DNA of 64,000 nt, taken from assembly GCF_009914755.1 (NCBI RefSeq), contig NC_060947.1. One strand, 5' to 3'. This document shows, piece by piece, positions 39,151-54,406 of this stretch (positions are counted from its first letter, which is position 1; each line of letters begins with the position of its first letter). Origin of the DNA: the human T2T-CHM13v2.0 reference genome, Homo sapiens. The notes under the pieces are model-generated. The model was not told the origin of the DNA, ran no database searches, and saw nothing but the letters and a program-made list of their open reading frames with translations. The translations under genes and the position numbers were made by a program.

Positions 39151-40429
39151 GTATACCAGACCTTCACAAAAGCCAGCCAACTGGCTTTCAACTGATTCAA
39201 CAAGTCTTTCTGGAGAATTTTCCCTACATCTGTAGTTAACTAATCACTGTTCACATTCACAATTAGCCCACATCACTGGGTTGACCTAGTCATTAAAAAC
39301 TACTATGAGGAAAGACACCATATCCAAAGTCACTTTTCATAAAGACCAAAACACGATATTCAATCTTTTATATAAAAGCATTGACTGAACCATTTTTGAA
39401 AACATCACATACAAAACACAATAAACAAAGACAATATACATGAAGATTAGGGGAAAAAATACTTTTAAGATGACAAAGGACTAATATCTCCAATATGGTT
39501 TTACAGAGTAGGAAAAAGTAACCAAATGGAAAAATGGACAAAAGATAAAACCTTTCACAAGAACAAATCCTAATGGCCAAGCATAAAGATGCTCAAAATC
39601 ATTACTGATCAGTGAAGTGCCAATAAAGTCACACTGAGATTTCTGGGACTCTATCTTATGATCTCCATATCATCTCTTATAATATCATATTAAATGTATC
39701 AGTAACTAAATTCATATATAAGATTGCTTAATGTAGCATCATTCATAACAAATATAAGTATGCATCAATAGGGAACTTGAGTAAAATATGGTACATCCAA
39801 AGCATGGAATACTATGCAGCCATCAAAAGAACCCTATAGTTATACAGGTGACTTTAAAGTGATTTTTGAACAAGGTCTGAAATAAGAAAACAAGGATGTA
39901 AGGTATCCTGCATTTGTAACTGAAGGACAAAAACACCCTCAACAGTCAATATAATATGAAGATAATATATAGAGAAGAATACATTTGAGGTTATGGGGAG
40001 GTGAACCAAGAGGGAAAAGGCTGTACTGAAAATAATCATGTGACAATATGCATGCACTTATAAAATAATGCATGTGTAACATTTTAAAAGAAAGCAAATA
40101 CAAAAGAATGGCATGTAGTTTCTCTGGTTGACATCCATCTACAAATGACAGCTGTTTATTAAGTACTTCCAACATGATGGCATTAACCCTACAGGTTTTA
40201 TTTATGACTTCCTTTACTCTGATCCTAAAAAAACTATGAGGTAGATATTGTAACCCCCAATTTACAGACACAGAAACAGGTTAATATTTGTTGGCAAAAG
40301 TAGGTTTCACATCCAAATCCAGGTTCTTATACACATGCAAGTGAATGTGTTTGTTGCAAAGGAAGTTGCCTGAAAAGACTGAAAAGACATGAACCAAGAT
40401 TTCTATGAGCATTGTTAAAGAAGCCCACA

Positions 40430-40737
40430 AGGACAGGCAGTGGCTCACGCCTGTAATCCCAGCACTTTGGGAGGCCAAGGCGAGTGGATCGCCTGAGCTC
40501 AGGAGTTGGAGACCAGCATGGGCAACATGGCGAAACCCCATCTCTACAAAAAATATAAAAAATTAGCCGGGTGTGGTGGTGCATGCCTGTAGTCTCAGCT
40601 ACTAGGGAGGCTGAGGTGGGAGGATCAATTGAGCCTGGGAAGCGGAGGATGCAGTGAGCTGATATCGTGCAACTGCACTCCAGCCTGGGTAATGGAGTGA
40701 GACTCTGTCTCAAAAAAAATAAATACATAAATAAAAG
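40430..40737 (+). mobile_element. Alu with TSD aaagaagcccaca
   Basis: Full dimer, clear TSD. Confidence 0.94.
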
Positions 40738-42274
40738 AAGCCCACATGAACAAGTCAAGTTTTTAGAGAAATTTTACATTTTAGAGAAACATGAAATTTT
40801 TAAATTTTAATGAGGGATATTAGTATTGGAGGTACCATTACTAAATACCTAATTATCTCTAAACCTCAAAAACCTGTAAAAATCTTTTATTGCAAAGCAC
40901 CAAACACATCAATCTATTACCAAAGGCTGCAATGTACTGCACCTGTCAAGATTCCAAATTCTCCAGGACTAGAAATTAACCTCCAATCTACAATCTCTTT
41001 AGATCAATTCAGAGCAAAAAGTAGCAAGCCTCTCAAAGGTAAAAAGTGTCAAAAATGCAAAGGGACAAAAAAGCAATCATTTAAGCAGTCCTTTCTGTGG
41101 TAAAATCATCCAAAGGAAGAACAACAACTGGATCTGAATTACCTAAAAAACAAAACAAAGAAACATACCCGATACTTTATATATGTGAGCCACTTATACC
41201 AAAAACAGTTTGCATTTTAACTTCTACTTAAATTGTCAGAACATTTAATTAAAGTATGAAATATTAGTGTGTTTGTATCAGCCTAAAAGTAGGGTGATGT
41301 GAATTCTGTCAGATGCTATTGTGGTCCTATACAAATAACCAAATTAACATGATCAAAGCTGTATTTTTAATGACTTCTAGGTCTGTTAACTTTCTTAGCA
41401 AACTCTTATCAAAGATCTTAAAAGTCACCTGTATTTACCTCTAAATACGTTCCTAGGATTTATGTCAAGTGTGAAGAAAAGTTCTAAACACATTTTCCCC
41501 TCAAAACAGCCTACTGTCCCACTGTTCTAAGCAACATAAGGTATACTCTTTCATTTTGCAGATGTATTGTCTATTCCTGTGCCAACTGCAAGACTTGGCT
41601 TAATCATAAAAAGCCTTATGATAAAAACTTGGCTTTATAATAAAACCACTATAGCTTTATGATATTATCTGATACAGCAACTCACCCTGATTCATTATCA
41701 GTGTTTTCTCATTTATTTCTGTGTCTCAGTTGATGCTATTAACAGACTTCCACTTAATCAATTTGACTGATTTAAATGAGAAAGGGAATTATTTCACAAA
41801 AACTAAGTCGAATATTTTGCAAAATATTCATCTAAAAGGCAAGATGCTAAAATAAAAAGTGTCAAATTATGAAGAGATTCAGGGGTAAACTCTAAAAAAT
41901 TTAGAATCCTGTATGCAGGCTCCTTTTCTTCAATCGGTGCAACACCATAAAGTAATCACAGATTATAGTTGTAGTTTATGTCAGAAAACAGACTGCTTCT
42001 TACTAAGTCTTATGGCCCACATAAGATGGGAAAGGGAATTATTTTAGTTTTTAAAAAATCATATGTATCAATCACTTTTTAAACATTTCCTGCTTTAACA
42101 AGATTTTTAAAATAATTAAACTACCAATCATTGGTCCTAATTTCATTAAAGGGCTTCTACTACATTAAGTCTTCCCATTTAAAAAATGTTACTTGTCTCT
42201 ATTTAGACCATCTTTTAAATCTGTAAGTAAAGGTTTAGTGTTGGTCTAACAGATCTTAAATACTGCTGGTAAGA

Positions 42275-42532
42275 TTTATTTTCCCTTATCCATAGGGATA
42301 CATTCCAAGACCCCTAGTGGATACCCGAAAATACAGGTAGTGGCAAACCCTATATAATACACCCACACACACACACATTTTTTCCCTATACATACATACT
42401 GATGATAAAGTTTAATATATACTATAATACAAGTTATGTGAATGTGGCTTCTCTCTTAATATATCTTATTGTATTATACTGCAAGTAACTGAAACCATGG
42501 CAATCGAAACCTCGGATAAGGGGAGACTACTG
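42275..42532. mobile_element. MER44-like Tigger MITE
   Basis: cccttatccatagggatacattccaagacccc...ggataaggggagactactg+TA. Confidence 0.75.
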
Positions 42533-42639
42533 TACTTGTTCATGTATCTGTCCCATTATTGCCCATTCAGATTCCCTTCTATCAAAGGTATAACTTTTGA
42601 TGTCTGTTAATTTTTCTTTCTTGAAACTATATGTTGCAT

Positions 42640-43320
42640 TGTGTACATCTTTTTAAGTTTCAGAAATGGTACTGAGCAATGAAAACTGTTGCTTTTACTT
42701 TTTTATGCACTAACCACTATGTTTAGAAGCCATCAATGTTGCTGTATTATTTGGTCCACTGTTTCTAACTGCTACATACTCCATAGTGTGCATGTGCCAC
42801 ATTTTACTTATTTGAGTATCTACTAATGATGGATACCAAGGTTGCTTCCAACTCCTCACTACCACAAATGATGATGCAATACTCTGACAGAGATCACGTT
42901 TATGGAAATGATGCGATCTCACCTTTGAAATATATACCCATGAGAACCAGTCTACACTCCTATGAACAATGTATGAGGGTTCCCATTGCTTCACATACCT
43001 GCCAGGACTTACCATTATATAGTTTTCTAATTTCTGCAAATCTGATGCTTACAAAGCTGTACCTTGTTTTATTTTTATTTCTCTAATTACTGAGTATGGG
43101 CATCTACTCACATGAATTTCCTGTTCTATAAATTGCCTATCCATATCCTTTGCTCATCCTTGTTGATCTGGAAGAGTTCCTTGGATATTCTACATTAGCA
43201 GTCCCTTTTCAGTTTTAAAACACTGTTAAACATTTTTAATCTACCATGGGTCTGTTAACTTCTGTTGTACAAAGTGCTGCCTAATTTTGTATGCAGACCA
43301 GCTGCTTGCTATTACACCAA
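42640..43320 (-). mobile_element. Old L1 (L1ME-like) fragment
   Basis: caatgtatgagggttcccattgcttcacatacctgccagg. Confidence 0.75.
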
Positions 43321-43703
43321 TTGTTTGCAAGTTTTATTGGTCCATGACAAAATGAGGTTGTACCAGAATGTTATTTAACTACATTGGTAACTATACTATT
43401 TAGTACAACTGACATTTTTCTTGATGAAGGAAGCAGTGTGTTGATTTATATTCTAGTGTAAGGGCCTAAGGAGTAGCCTGGAGCTATGTGTTTTTTGTTG
43501 GGAAGTATATTTTTAAATACAATATTCAAAATTTTACTTTCAGGTTTATGCCATGGGGATTTTAAGAATTCTTTCCCCACCATTGTTATTACAACACAAC
43601 CTCCTACATTAACTGCTCTTAAATTTACAGTTTTAGCCAATATGACTTATTTTACAGACAGAATATTTGCTTATACTGTGAATGGGGTCTTTTCACCAAT
43701 CAT

Positions 43704-44003
43704 TTTCTTTTTTTTTTTGAGATAGAGTCTTGCTCTTGTCACACAGCCTGGAATGCAGTGGCACAATCTAGGCTCACTGCAGCTTCCGCCTCCCGGGTTC
43801 AAGCGATTCTCCTGCCTTACCGTCCTGAGTAGCTAGGATTACAAGTGCCCACCACCACGTCCAGCTAATTTTTGTATTGTTTTAGTAGAGATGGGGTTTC
43901 ACCATGTTGGCCGGGCTGGTCTCAAACTCCTGACCTCAGGTGATCTGCCTGCCTCGGCCCCCCAAAGTGTTGGGATTACAGGCGTGAGCCACCACGCCTG
44001 GCC
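43704..44003 (-). mobile_element. Alu (AluS-like) with TSD tcaccaatcattttc
   Basis: Full reverse dimer. Confidence 0.95.
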
Positions 44004-44171
44004 TCACCAATCATTTTCTAATTGGTTGCTATTAATACATGGAAGAGCTATCTGTTTCTGTATATTGATCTCTTGGCTACCTCACTGTGCTTTTACTAGT
44101 TATAATAATTTTACATTATCTCCCCAAGAAACAAAGAGACTCATCACCTACATACAAATAGTAACAAATAT

Positions 44172-44560
<389 letters not shown>

Positions 44561-45662
44561 TAATGTCTGACATTTTTGTGTGACTTTTGAATCCAATGGA
44601 AATGCCTCAGCTCCCCCATTATGACTTCTGGTAGGTAACTCTAGTTTTCTTAAAGTTTATATGAAGCTTTTGTTAATGAGATAAATTTTATCGAGTGCTT
44701 TGGAAGCATCTATTGAGTAATAGTTCCTTTTTCCTTTTAACTGTGGACTTGGGAATCCAATGTTAAACCTCCTTGTGGTTTTTAATAGTAAGAGGAAATA
44801 TTTACAGTATCTTAAGAAAACAGGTCACATGCATGTATACATGTGTTTCCAAATGCAAGAAAAAAATGCTCCAACTTTAAGGGAGGTCTCATAGGGATGA
44901 ATTATAGGTGATTGACATTTTGTCTACATTTTCCTAGAATTTTCAGAATACATGTTATATTTATAATTATACAAAACTAATTTATAAGTAATCATGGCAC
45001 CTGAATTAGCCTGAAAACTTGAATTACTTTGAGGTAAGCATTAAATATGCTTTTAAAAAGCCAGCCATAACACTTTTCTTCTAAGAAAGCTTTCCAACAG
45101 TGGGTTACCTCTCAAAGCTAAGTATGTATTAAGAAGTTGCCTCTGGGAACACTGGACAATAGTTTGGTAGAGCTGAACTTTTATATGAGAGCTTCTGGCT
45201 TCAATTACAATCACTACGACTTACTGATCACAGCACTGAGTACCCCACAATTCATTTCATTCTAAATCAACCCTGAAGTAGATATGTTAAATTCCCAGAA
45301 GAGGAAACCAGTGTCGGCGCTAGTAAGCAGGGCCAGGACTCAAATCTAGATCTTATTATTGCATTATACTTCCTTCTCACACAGAATTGAATCTAATTTT
45401 GAACTTTCCTTTCAGAAGTGAAATTGCCACTTTTGAACAGAGAGATTTTGTTTGGTGAGCAGAGATTAAAGAATTCCTTCAAAATTACTTAATAACTGAG
45501 AATACTTAGGTTTTAAAACAGGGCACCAATAGTTCTAACTCAATTAGGCCAGTGAAGTTAACTTAGGGATTCTAATATATTTTAACACTCCAAGAAACAC
45601 CTGTTGAAAGGAACCATATGCTCCAATTTTTGCACCCCTCCAACTCTTCACCCAAGACTCAC

Positions 45663-45815
45663 CTCTGCCAAATGTTGTAGCCGAGTTAGCAGCGGGGTCC
45701 TCTTGTCAGATCCCAGACGAGTGATGTAGTTTGATCTTTTGCTAAATACATATAGGAGATTGAGGACTGCCAGCACCACTTGCATATCAGAGGAAGCCAA
45801 TAAAGTTGTCAAATG
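45663..45815 (-). CDS. HUWE1: HUWE1 coding exon 4, [10 protein letters not shown]...LQHLAE
   Basis: 153 nt, tag/gtgagt, phase 0-0. Confidence 0.96.
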
Positions 45816-45919
45816 CTAAAGGGACAAAAAAGGGCAAAGCTCAAGGTATCAGGCACAACTGGCCTTGAAAACAAAACAAAATGTACTTGTCAACATTTAC
45901 AAAGCTATCAAGAAGTTTA

Positions 45920-46375
<456 letters not shown>

Positions 46376-46499
46376 TTAATTAAAACAGGGTCCTTCATAT
46401 AGAAGCTAAAGATATCGATAACAGCTCGTGGCAATTATATAACATATAAGTGTTACAGTACAGTATATGCTCATAAGGAACCTGAGTGACTACTCTGGA

Positions 46500-46800
46500 T
46501 TTTGTTGTTGTTGCTGTTTGGAGACGGGGTCTCTCTGTTGCCCAGGCTGGAGTGCAAAGGCATGATCATAGCTCCCTGCAGCCTTGACCTCCTGGGTTCA
46601 AGCAATCCTCTCACCGAAGTCTCCCGAGTAGCTAGGACTACAGGCACGCACCACCACGCCCCGCTAATTTTTGTATTTTTTGTAGCGATGGGGTCTCACT
46701 ATGTTGCCCAGACTGGTCTTGAACCCCTGGGCTCAAGTGATCTTCCCGCCTCAACCTCCCAAAGTGTCAGGATTACAGACATGAGCCACTGCACCTGGCC
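46500..46800 (-). mobile_element. Alu (AluJ-like)
   Basis: Full reverse dimer. Confidence 0.92.
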
Positions 46801-47710
46801 TTACTTTGGCTTTTAAATACAATTAAAATTCACCAATACATTGAAGCAGTTGGTCAGAATTAAAATCAGTATGTAATATAGCTAGAAATGAACCAAGGCA
46901 TTTCCAGTTGCCAATTATACCGAAGGTCATGGACTTCCATGGGCAGCATATCTATTTCATCTTCAACAGACTGCCTATTTACCTCCCACTTAAAGCTCTG
47001 TATGTTAGGCCTTTAGTTCAGTTATCCCACTTCTTTTCCTAAGCCATTTTCTTTTAAGTTGTTTGTTCTGATTCTGTTTCTCTACTGAAGACGTAGGAAA
47101 ACACACCTAAAATTAACAGGGCACCTAACTAATGATGATAAAAAGTCTAAAGTTGGGCTTCTATAAAAAGAAAATAATTTCTTCTTACAGTGATTTTTAA
47201 CCAATTAAAAAGCTCACTGATTGCTGCACCTACCTTACTCTTCAAGGACACAAAGGATGCTATGAATATATATTTTGGGATGGGTGTGGCAGAGTACAGA
47301 GAGACTTTAAAGCAGCACACTAACACTTAGAGGAGTAGTAAGTACATTAATGTGATGAGAAAATCAAACTATTTCTAGGAATTTAAAAGTAATGTGGGGC
47401 TGCTCTAACAACCTAGGGCAAAAATCAATTCATGCAAATTTCCTTAAATACTTTAATACATATATAACATTTCTCATTCATTTCTTGAATCTTGAAAAGG
47501 CAAAGCAAAGGTGATAGTACAGAATCTTCCCATCAACCCTATGAAGGATAGTATCTATATCCAAGAAACATTCTACTATTATCTTTGACAATGAAAAACC
47601 CAGAGCTCCACAATGAAAAGGAAAGAAGCAATAGAAATAGCAATTTCCTTATTTCTGGATGTACACAATTCTAGTCAAGAACAGGGTACACAGGCTTTAA
47701 CCTCCCCTAC

Positions 47711-47917
47711 CTCTATGGAACTGTACAGATGCCGGGAAAAGCTGTACTCAATGAGCAAGGCTGTGAAGTTCAACACAGCCAAGAGAAGCATTTTCAGTTG
47801 CTCTCTTTCTGGCCTATCACATACGAGCATCCATGACATATTCTCCACTGTCTGTCCAGCATCTGCCAGTATTCCATCGAAGCGGTCCAACAGGTCCACC
47901 CAGTGATATAACTCGCA
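47711..47917 (-). CDS. HUWE1: HUWE1 coding exon 3, [10 protein letters not shown]...YSSIE
   Basis: 207 nt, cag/gtaggg; lies in ORF 47675..47968. Confidence 0.97.
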
Positions 47918-48554
47918 CTGGAGAGGGGAGGAAAAAGAGGATGTAAGAATAAGGTAGAAGCGCCGCATGGGTGCTTTCTAACTGAGCTTTGTTACAAGAG
48001 ATTGCTGAGCATGACACCTAGACAAGTTCACGTCCCACCCTTGCCCATATGAGAAAGATCATACTCTGAGCTAAAAGTGCTGTAGTTCATTGTCATACCC
48101 ATCTAGATATATGTGCTAACACCAATAGACACCATAAAACCCCTAGAGCTAGGTCTTTAGATGGAGAACTCCGGTTACATTCTAAGATCTACGAAGACAA
48201 GAGAACTATCCTTGCCAGAATCCATTTTATCAGAAAAATTCATTTTTAGAGTTATCTAATAAAAATTCTTCTAAACTAAAAATCCAGAAATTATCTCAAA
48301 CTTATATTGTCAAACCACAGGAATTCTGTGATTGAGATTCTTAAGCATCACCTGTGAAATCAATTCTCCATCCTCAGCCAGCAAAATTTTCCTTGCCACT
48401 GGTTTAAAGCTGTGTTAGGCACATGGCACATGCTAGATGCTTATTAATTGCTGAATGAGGCTATCCCATTGTGGTTTCTTATTCCATATCAGAGCATACA
48501 AAATGATGTATTAGTATGGTGAGTCCTGTCTTTTGGGAGCTTGACTTCACATAC

Positions 48555-48653
48555 CTTTCCAATGTTCCATGTTTTGATCTGCTGCAGTTCCAAGAGAAGT
48601 TGCTCATCATTACAAACTTTGAGTTTGTCTATTAAGGCTCTGCAGTCTGCAGG
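48555..48653 (-). CDS. HUWE1: HUWE1 coding exon 2, [10 protein letters not shown]...TWNIGK
   Basis: 99 nt, cag/gtatgt, phase 0-0. Confidence 0.96.
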
Positions 48654-50039
48654 CTGAGAAAAGAAAAGTATTCACAAAAGATGTTTTGGAATGAGGGAGT
48701 TGCAAATAAGGAGAATCAGAAAAGGAACCCTTAAGCTCACACAGCAATTTTCCTTTTGCTAGGATTTACTACTTAAGAAAACGAGATGTGCCAGACAATC
48801 TCTTGGGATTAAAATGGAAACCTCATGAGAAAATGCTTTTATTCCCCCAACAATCCACCTGGGCTTAAAAAACAAAAAAAAACAAAAAAAAACAAAAAAC
48901 AAAACAAAAACCCACCTTGGATTTGGATAAAGGTAGATGCAGACAAACTATTTGGAAAGGTGCTGACAACAAAAACAATAATAAGTTAAACATCTAAAAA
49001 AAAAAAAAAAAACAATTAAGGAATCTATACCATGGTCTGAAAGTTAACCAGAATGCCTGGTAGGTTATATTGAATCAGAGACTGAAAAGTCCTAGTGAAT
49101 TCACAATTAAAGGTGAAGATTAGCACTAGCTATATTTTTCTGTTACATAAAATCCTTCACTTGTAAGATGGTAAACAGCTTCCGAACTTCGTAAAACTAG
49201 GACTCCATTCTTTCTTGGGGTTCCTATTTCCATACATTTCTGCTCTCTTCTACTGATGAATGGGTCCATTTGTCAGGTAACAAGGAGTGGATTGAGCATT
49301 TATAGTCAAGTTTCTGAAAGTGGAAGGAGGGAAAGGGATAGGGGCTGGGAGAGAGAAGCCTTCCGTTAATGAATGGCAGCTGGGAGAAGTGATTATTACA
49401 CTTGTTCTTTAACTCCATAAAGGCAGTACAGCATCCTGGGAATGGACCAGAGGTCTGGAACCAAACAAGTCTGGATTCACTTTTTAACTTCATGTTTACT
49501 AAGCTGTTTGATCATGAGCAAGTCTAACCTCTAAGCCACAGCTCTCTTATCAGAAAAACAGACCTAATAGCTACCTCACAAATATGAAACTCAAACGTCT
49601 GCCACATACATAAAATACTTATCTCCCATTACAGGAGCTTAAATATTCAGAGACAGCATACTATTAAAAAGAGTATGACCCTTGGAATCAGGTAGTTGGT
49701 AAGCTACCTCTTTGAATCTCAGCATCCTCTTCTGCAAAATAAACTAACATGTACCTATATATCCAGCAATGCTGTCGTGAGATTCAAACTGGGAGAAACG
49801 TATTTTCGGCATCTGAAACAACATGGAACCTAACAGGGGTTTCTTTAAGCTAAGTCCAAACCTTTTCTCCCTCTAAGCATTATTAAGATCTACCTCAAAT
49901 GTTCATGGTAATTAAATATATGTAAAATCCTTGGCACAAAATCCTTCCATAAACCAGGCCTGCACTTTTTCCTCTTCTCCTCTAAGATGTAAGTTGAGGG
50001 AGAGGCAGTGAAGCAGCAGAAATAGATAACATGGAAATT

Positions 50040-50890
50040 TGAACCACCTGCTTATGCAGTTCACTTGTGCCTGCTGGACCTACTTGGGTCCAGCATCAAA
50101 CGTGTTACTTCTATTTCTAATGGAATGCAGCTGTACAAATCCAATTTTACGATGTGTAGGTAAGATGCAGTTCATGATGAACATTTGGATCCTGTAATAA
50201 TTTGGTATGTCCCATAACCAGGCATTCAGTCTTTACCAAGGCCCAGTAGCAAGCCAGAAGCTGCTTTTGTGAATGTAGAATAGCTGGTGGCAGAGGACAG
50301 CACAGCCAAGAATCTAGGGGTCTTACTTGTAATTCTATTGGGGCTTGCCAAAAGCACAACATGGCATCTTTAGCTGACACCTAAGTCAGTCACCTGGGTC
50401 TACTAGGTCATAATGTCCAAGTGATAGGGCAACTTGTATCATAGCCTGGACCTTTTGCAGAGTCTTTTCTAGATCCAAACCTTACTAACACTTTAGTGGT
50501 TCCCCACTAAATGTGTTAGAGGTTATCCAGTAAATAGGTCAAAATAGCATGCCTAAATGTGACCAACCAATATGTTGGCTCCAAAATCCAAACGCATCAC
50601 ACATTGTTCCTCTTTCTTCACAGTGTGTGGTACAAGGTACAGCAACTTCCCTCTCACTTTAGAAGGGATATCCCAATATTTCCCAAACCCTGGGGCCACT
50701 AGAAACTTTCCTAATGTGAAAAGGCCCTCAAGCTTCCACAAGGTTTGTTTCTGACTCTCTGGCACAAATATGTCTGAGGCATCTAAGGTGTGCTTGTGTT
50801 TTCTGCTCACAAGATCCAGTTAGCATAATGGCATCAATTTAATGTACCAGTACTATGGTCTCTGTTTTATCAGACTATCAAGGTCCCTTG
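50040..50890 (-). mobile_element. ERVL-family pol fragment (RT thumb/connection region)
   Basis: DIPSKVRGKLLYLVPHTVKKE and WQAPI...RPL..W...KQLLACYWALVKTE match ERV-L Pol motifs. Confidence 0.88.
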
Positions 50891-51499
50891 CATTTTGCAG
50901 GAGAAAGCAGCAAGCACAACGTTAAGATATAAGAAAGCATTTGCCAGTTCGATAGCTCAATAACAATTGCCAGGGTTTACAGTGATTTATTTCAATAGAT
51001 ACCAAATCTGGGGAAAAAATCCTTTGCACAGCTACTGATACACAAAGTGATCAATAAAAGCCTTTCATAATAGTACCTAGCATTGACCACAGTATGGGAA
51101 ATGGGGGCAATCATGTATGCTGCTCAAGGAAAATAGACAACTCAAGTCTTAAAAATGTCCATAACCAGTGACATAAAAATTCCACTTCTAGGAGTTTATG
51201 CTAAGTAACTTGCTAGTAACTAGGAAATAAGAGCCAGAAATCAGTATATGACTCCAAGAGCAACCCCTTACAATCCACTAGGTTAAAAATTGTTTTTTAA
51301 TTTGCATTTCTCCAATTACCCGCTAAGTTGAATCTTGCTGGACGTTTACTGGGTTTGTTCTTTTCTTAAATGCCCTATGCCCATTTTGTCATTGGGATAT
51401 TCATTTCTCCTGATTTAGCTACTGAAAATATTAACTACACTGGGTTACAAATATTTTCCCCAGCTTGTCATGTGTCTTCCCCCTCCCCCACCCCACCTG

Positions 51500-52515
51500 A
51501 GCTTATTAAGGGGTAAATGGTATACAAAAAAACTGCACGTAATTCATGCATACAACTGGGTGAGTTTGGATGTATGTATACACTCACGTTGCCATCACCA
51601 CAATCCAGGTAATAAACATATCCATCACCTCCAAGTTTCCTTGTGTCCCTACGTGTGTGTGCATGATTGTGTGTGGTAAGAATACTTAACGTGAGATCTA
51701 CCCTCGTAACAAATTTTTAAGTAGAGTAGTCCCTCTGTATCCACTGGGGATTGATTCTAGGACCCCCATGAATACCAAAATCTATGCTGCTCATCCTTTG
51801 TATAAAATGGCAATGGTATTTGTATATAACCTATACACATCCTCCTATATACTTTAAACCATCTCTAGTATTACAATACTGAATTCGATGTAAATAGCTG
51901 TTACACTGCATTGCTTCAAAATTTCTATTTTTACTTTTGTATTGTTCTTTTTTATTGTTTTTTCCCCCAAATATTTACTATCCAGTTGGTTCCATCTGCA
52001 AATGTGGAACCCACACACGGAGGGCAGACTATACTCAATACCTGACTGTTAACTATAGGCACTATGTTGTTCTACAGCAGATCTCTGGAACGAACTTGCC
52101 TGGTATAATTTTATACCCACTGAGCAGCAACTCCCCCTTCTCTCTCCCACCATTTCCTGGTAACTATCATTCTACTGCCTACCTTTACACCTTTGACTAT
52201 TTTAGATGCCTCATATAAGAGGATTCATGCACTATTTGTCCCTCTGCGGCTGACTTATTTCACTTTGCCTAATGTCTTCCAGGGATTAATTTCCAAAATA
52301 TATAAGGAACTCCTGCAACTCAATAGCAAAAAAATCCCAAATAACACAATTTAAAAACGGGCAAGGGTCTTGAATAGACATTTATCCAGATGTCTATTTA
52401 CATACAAATAGTTTTAAAATATATAAAAAGGTGCTCCCTATCAAGGAAATCAAGGGAATGCAAATCAAAACCACAATGAGATATTACTTCACACCTATTA
52501 GGATGGCTATTGTCA
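51500..52515. mobile_element. L1 3' end (minus, 51500-52284) with inverted upstream part (plus, 52285-52515) and nested MER2-like MITE (about 51722-52030)
   Basis: L1 motifs switch strand near 52285; gtagtccctctgtatccactggggattgattctaggacccc MER2-like end. Confidence 0.75.
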
Positions 52516-53296
52516 TGTCTTTTTAATTTTGGATACAGTATTTAACATTTCCATTATGGTTTTTTTCCTTTGTTTTAATGCTTGGAAAGACCATGCCCAC
52601 TTAAGACAAAGTAAACATTCACCTACATGTTCTACTTCTCCTATAGCTTATTTCTTTTAAAAACATTTGACTTTTGGTTTATCTAAAATTTATCGCAATA
52701 TAATAGTCCCACATGCTCTACAAGATAATCATTCTAGCATGGTTTCCTAATACTGTCCCTTCTTTCCAATTTATAATCCCTCTATTACCATATATCTAGT
52801 TCTTATATACACTAGGATCACTTTTCTAGGTCTTCTATTCTCGTAGCAGTAGATTCTTACATTGGTTCCACTTTAAATTTTTAAATTATAGTTTCTTAAG
52901 CAAGTTTTCTTTTTGTCCTTCAGTAAAAGACATTCAAGTACACAGTTGTCAAAACTTCTAGATGCCAAAACACATCAAAAACAAAATCAAAAGCAAATGA
53001 AGATATTTCCAACAGATATGAAAATGAGTACGTTCAATATATATGGCATTCAGTAAGAGAAACACTGATATTCCAATGTCAGATACAAAATGAATGGCAC
53101 AAGAAGATAACTGATATAGAACAGTGAAATACTTTCTTCCCCACTTATGAAATTAACAAAAATTTAAAAGACAATCTGTAATACTGACAAGGGTATATGA
53201 AGAAAGTGCTGCTCATACTCATTAGTACAATGCTAAATGAAAAGGGCAGGATAATTGTGTGTGCACATGTAATAATTTTTTAAAAGACTGGAAGAA

Positions 53297-53513
53297 GCCT
53301 GGGCAACAAGGCAAGATCCTGTCTCTACACAAAATAAAAAATTAGCCAGGCATGGTGGCATGCACCTATGGTCCCAGCTACTCAGGAAGCTGAGGTGGGA
53401 GCATCGCTTGAGCTGGGAGGTCAAGGCTGCAGTGAGCTGTGATCGTGCCACTGCACTCCAGCCTGTGTGACAGAGCAAAACCCTGTCTCAAAACAAACAA
53501 ACAAACAAAAAAA
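53297..53513 (+). mobile_element. 5'-truncated Alu (AluJ-like) with TSD actggaagaa
   Basis: Right arm plus (CAAA)n tail. Confidence 0.92.
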
Positions 53514-54406
53514 ACTGGAAGAAATGCAGCAAAATGTTATTGTTATCTTTTGGTGATACTTGCCAGGTACTTTTACATTTTTTGAAAACCAAGTGGCTTG
53601 TATTTACGATATGAACTAACTTATGTGCCAGATACTATGCTAAGCAATTGCCTCACATCAAGAAGGAAAAAATTTTCAGCCCCATTTTGCAGCTGTGGAA
53701 ACCAGGCAAGTTAATAACCTCTCAGCCACAAAAGTCTGGTAAGATTCAAACCTAGGTCTAATTTCAAAGCTTGTGCTCTCTGAACTAAGCACAAGGGGTC
53801 AACAGGACTATCACAATGCAATACCACTTCCTCAACCTTAGAAAGCAGTTCAAGCTAGCTGGTGGAATATTACTAGATTAAAGCTGGGATTTCTACTGTC
53901 GACAAAGGGTTAATTGATATGACCACCCAATACACAAGTTAAGCTGAATTGTGTGATTAAGAATCAGTAATAAAGACAAGCTAAAACACTGGCCTTAACA
54001 AAAAAACTAGTAAGAAAGATGTTACCACTTTCATTTTCTAAAAAACAAAATTGCAAGATCCCAGAAGTACATTAAAAATCTGAACCCATATCTGCTCTTT
54101 CCATTATACCACACATCCTTTCTGCATAGGAAGGAATTGCACAGCAGCCTGAGAGCTGACTTCAGGCACACACAGCTACGAAGAACTAACTGATCGGTGT
54201 TCACTTTCCACTGGTCTCTTGGCTATCCATTTTTTTGATCCAGGGAAGTTCAAAAGAAAATCTTACTGTTTCTAGACAAGTTGTTGTTTTACTGCCTTTT
54301 GTATATATGGGTGATGAGATTTGAAGAGCATGGATGAACTGTTCACAAATATTTTTTTATTTTTTAATGAAGAAAAAATAAGCAAAGTAAACTTTTGGAT
54401 ACTTAC

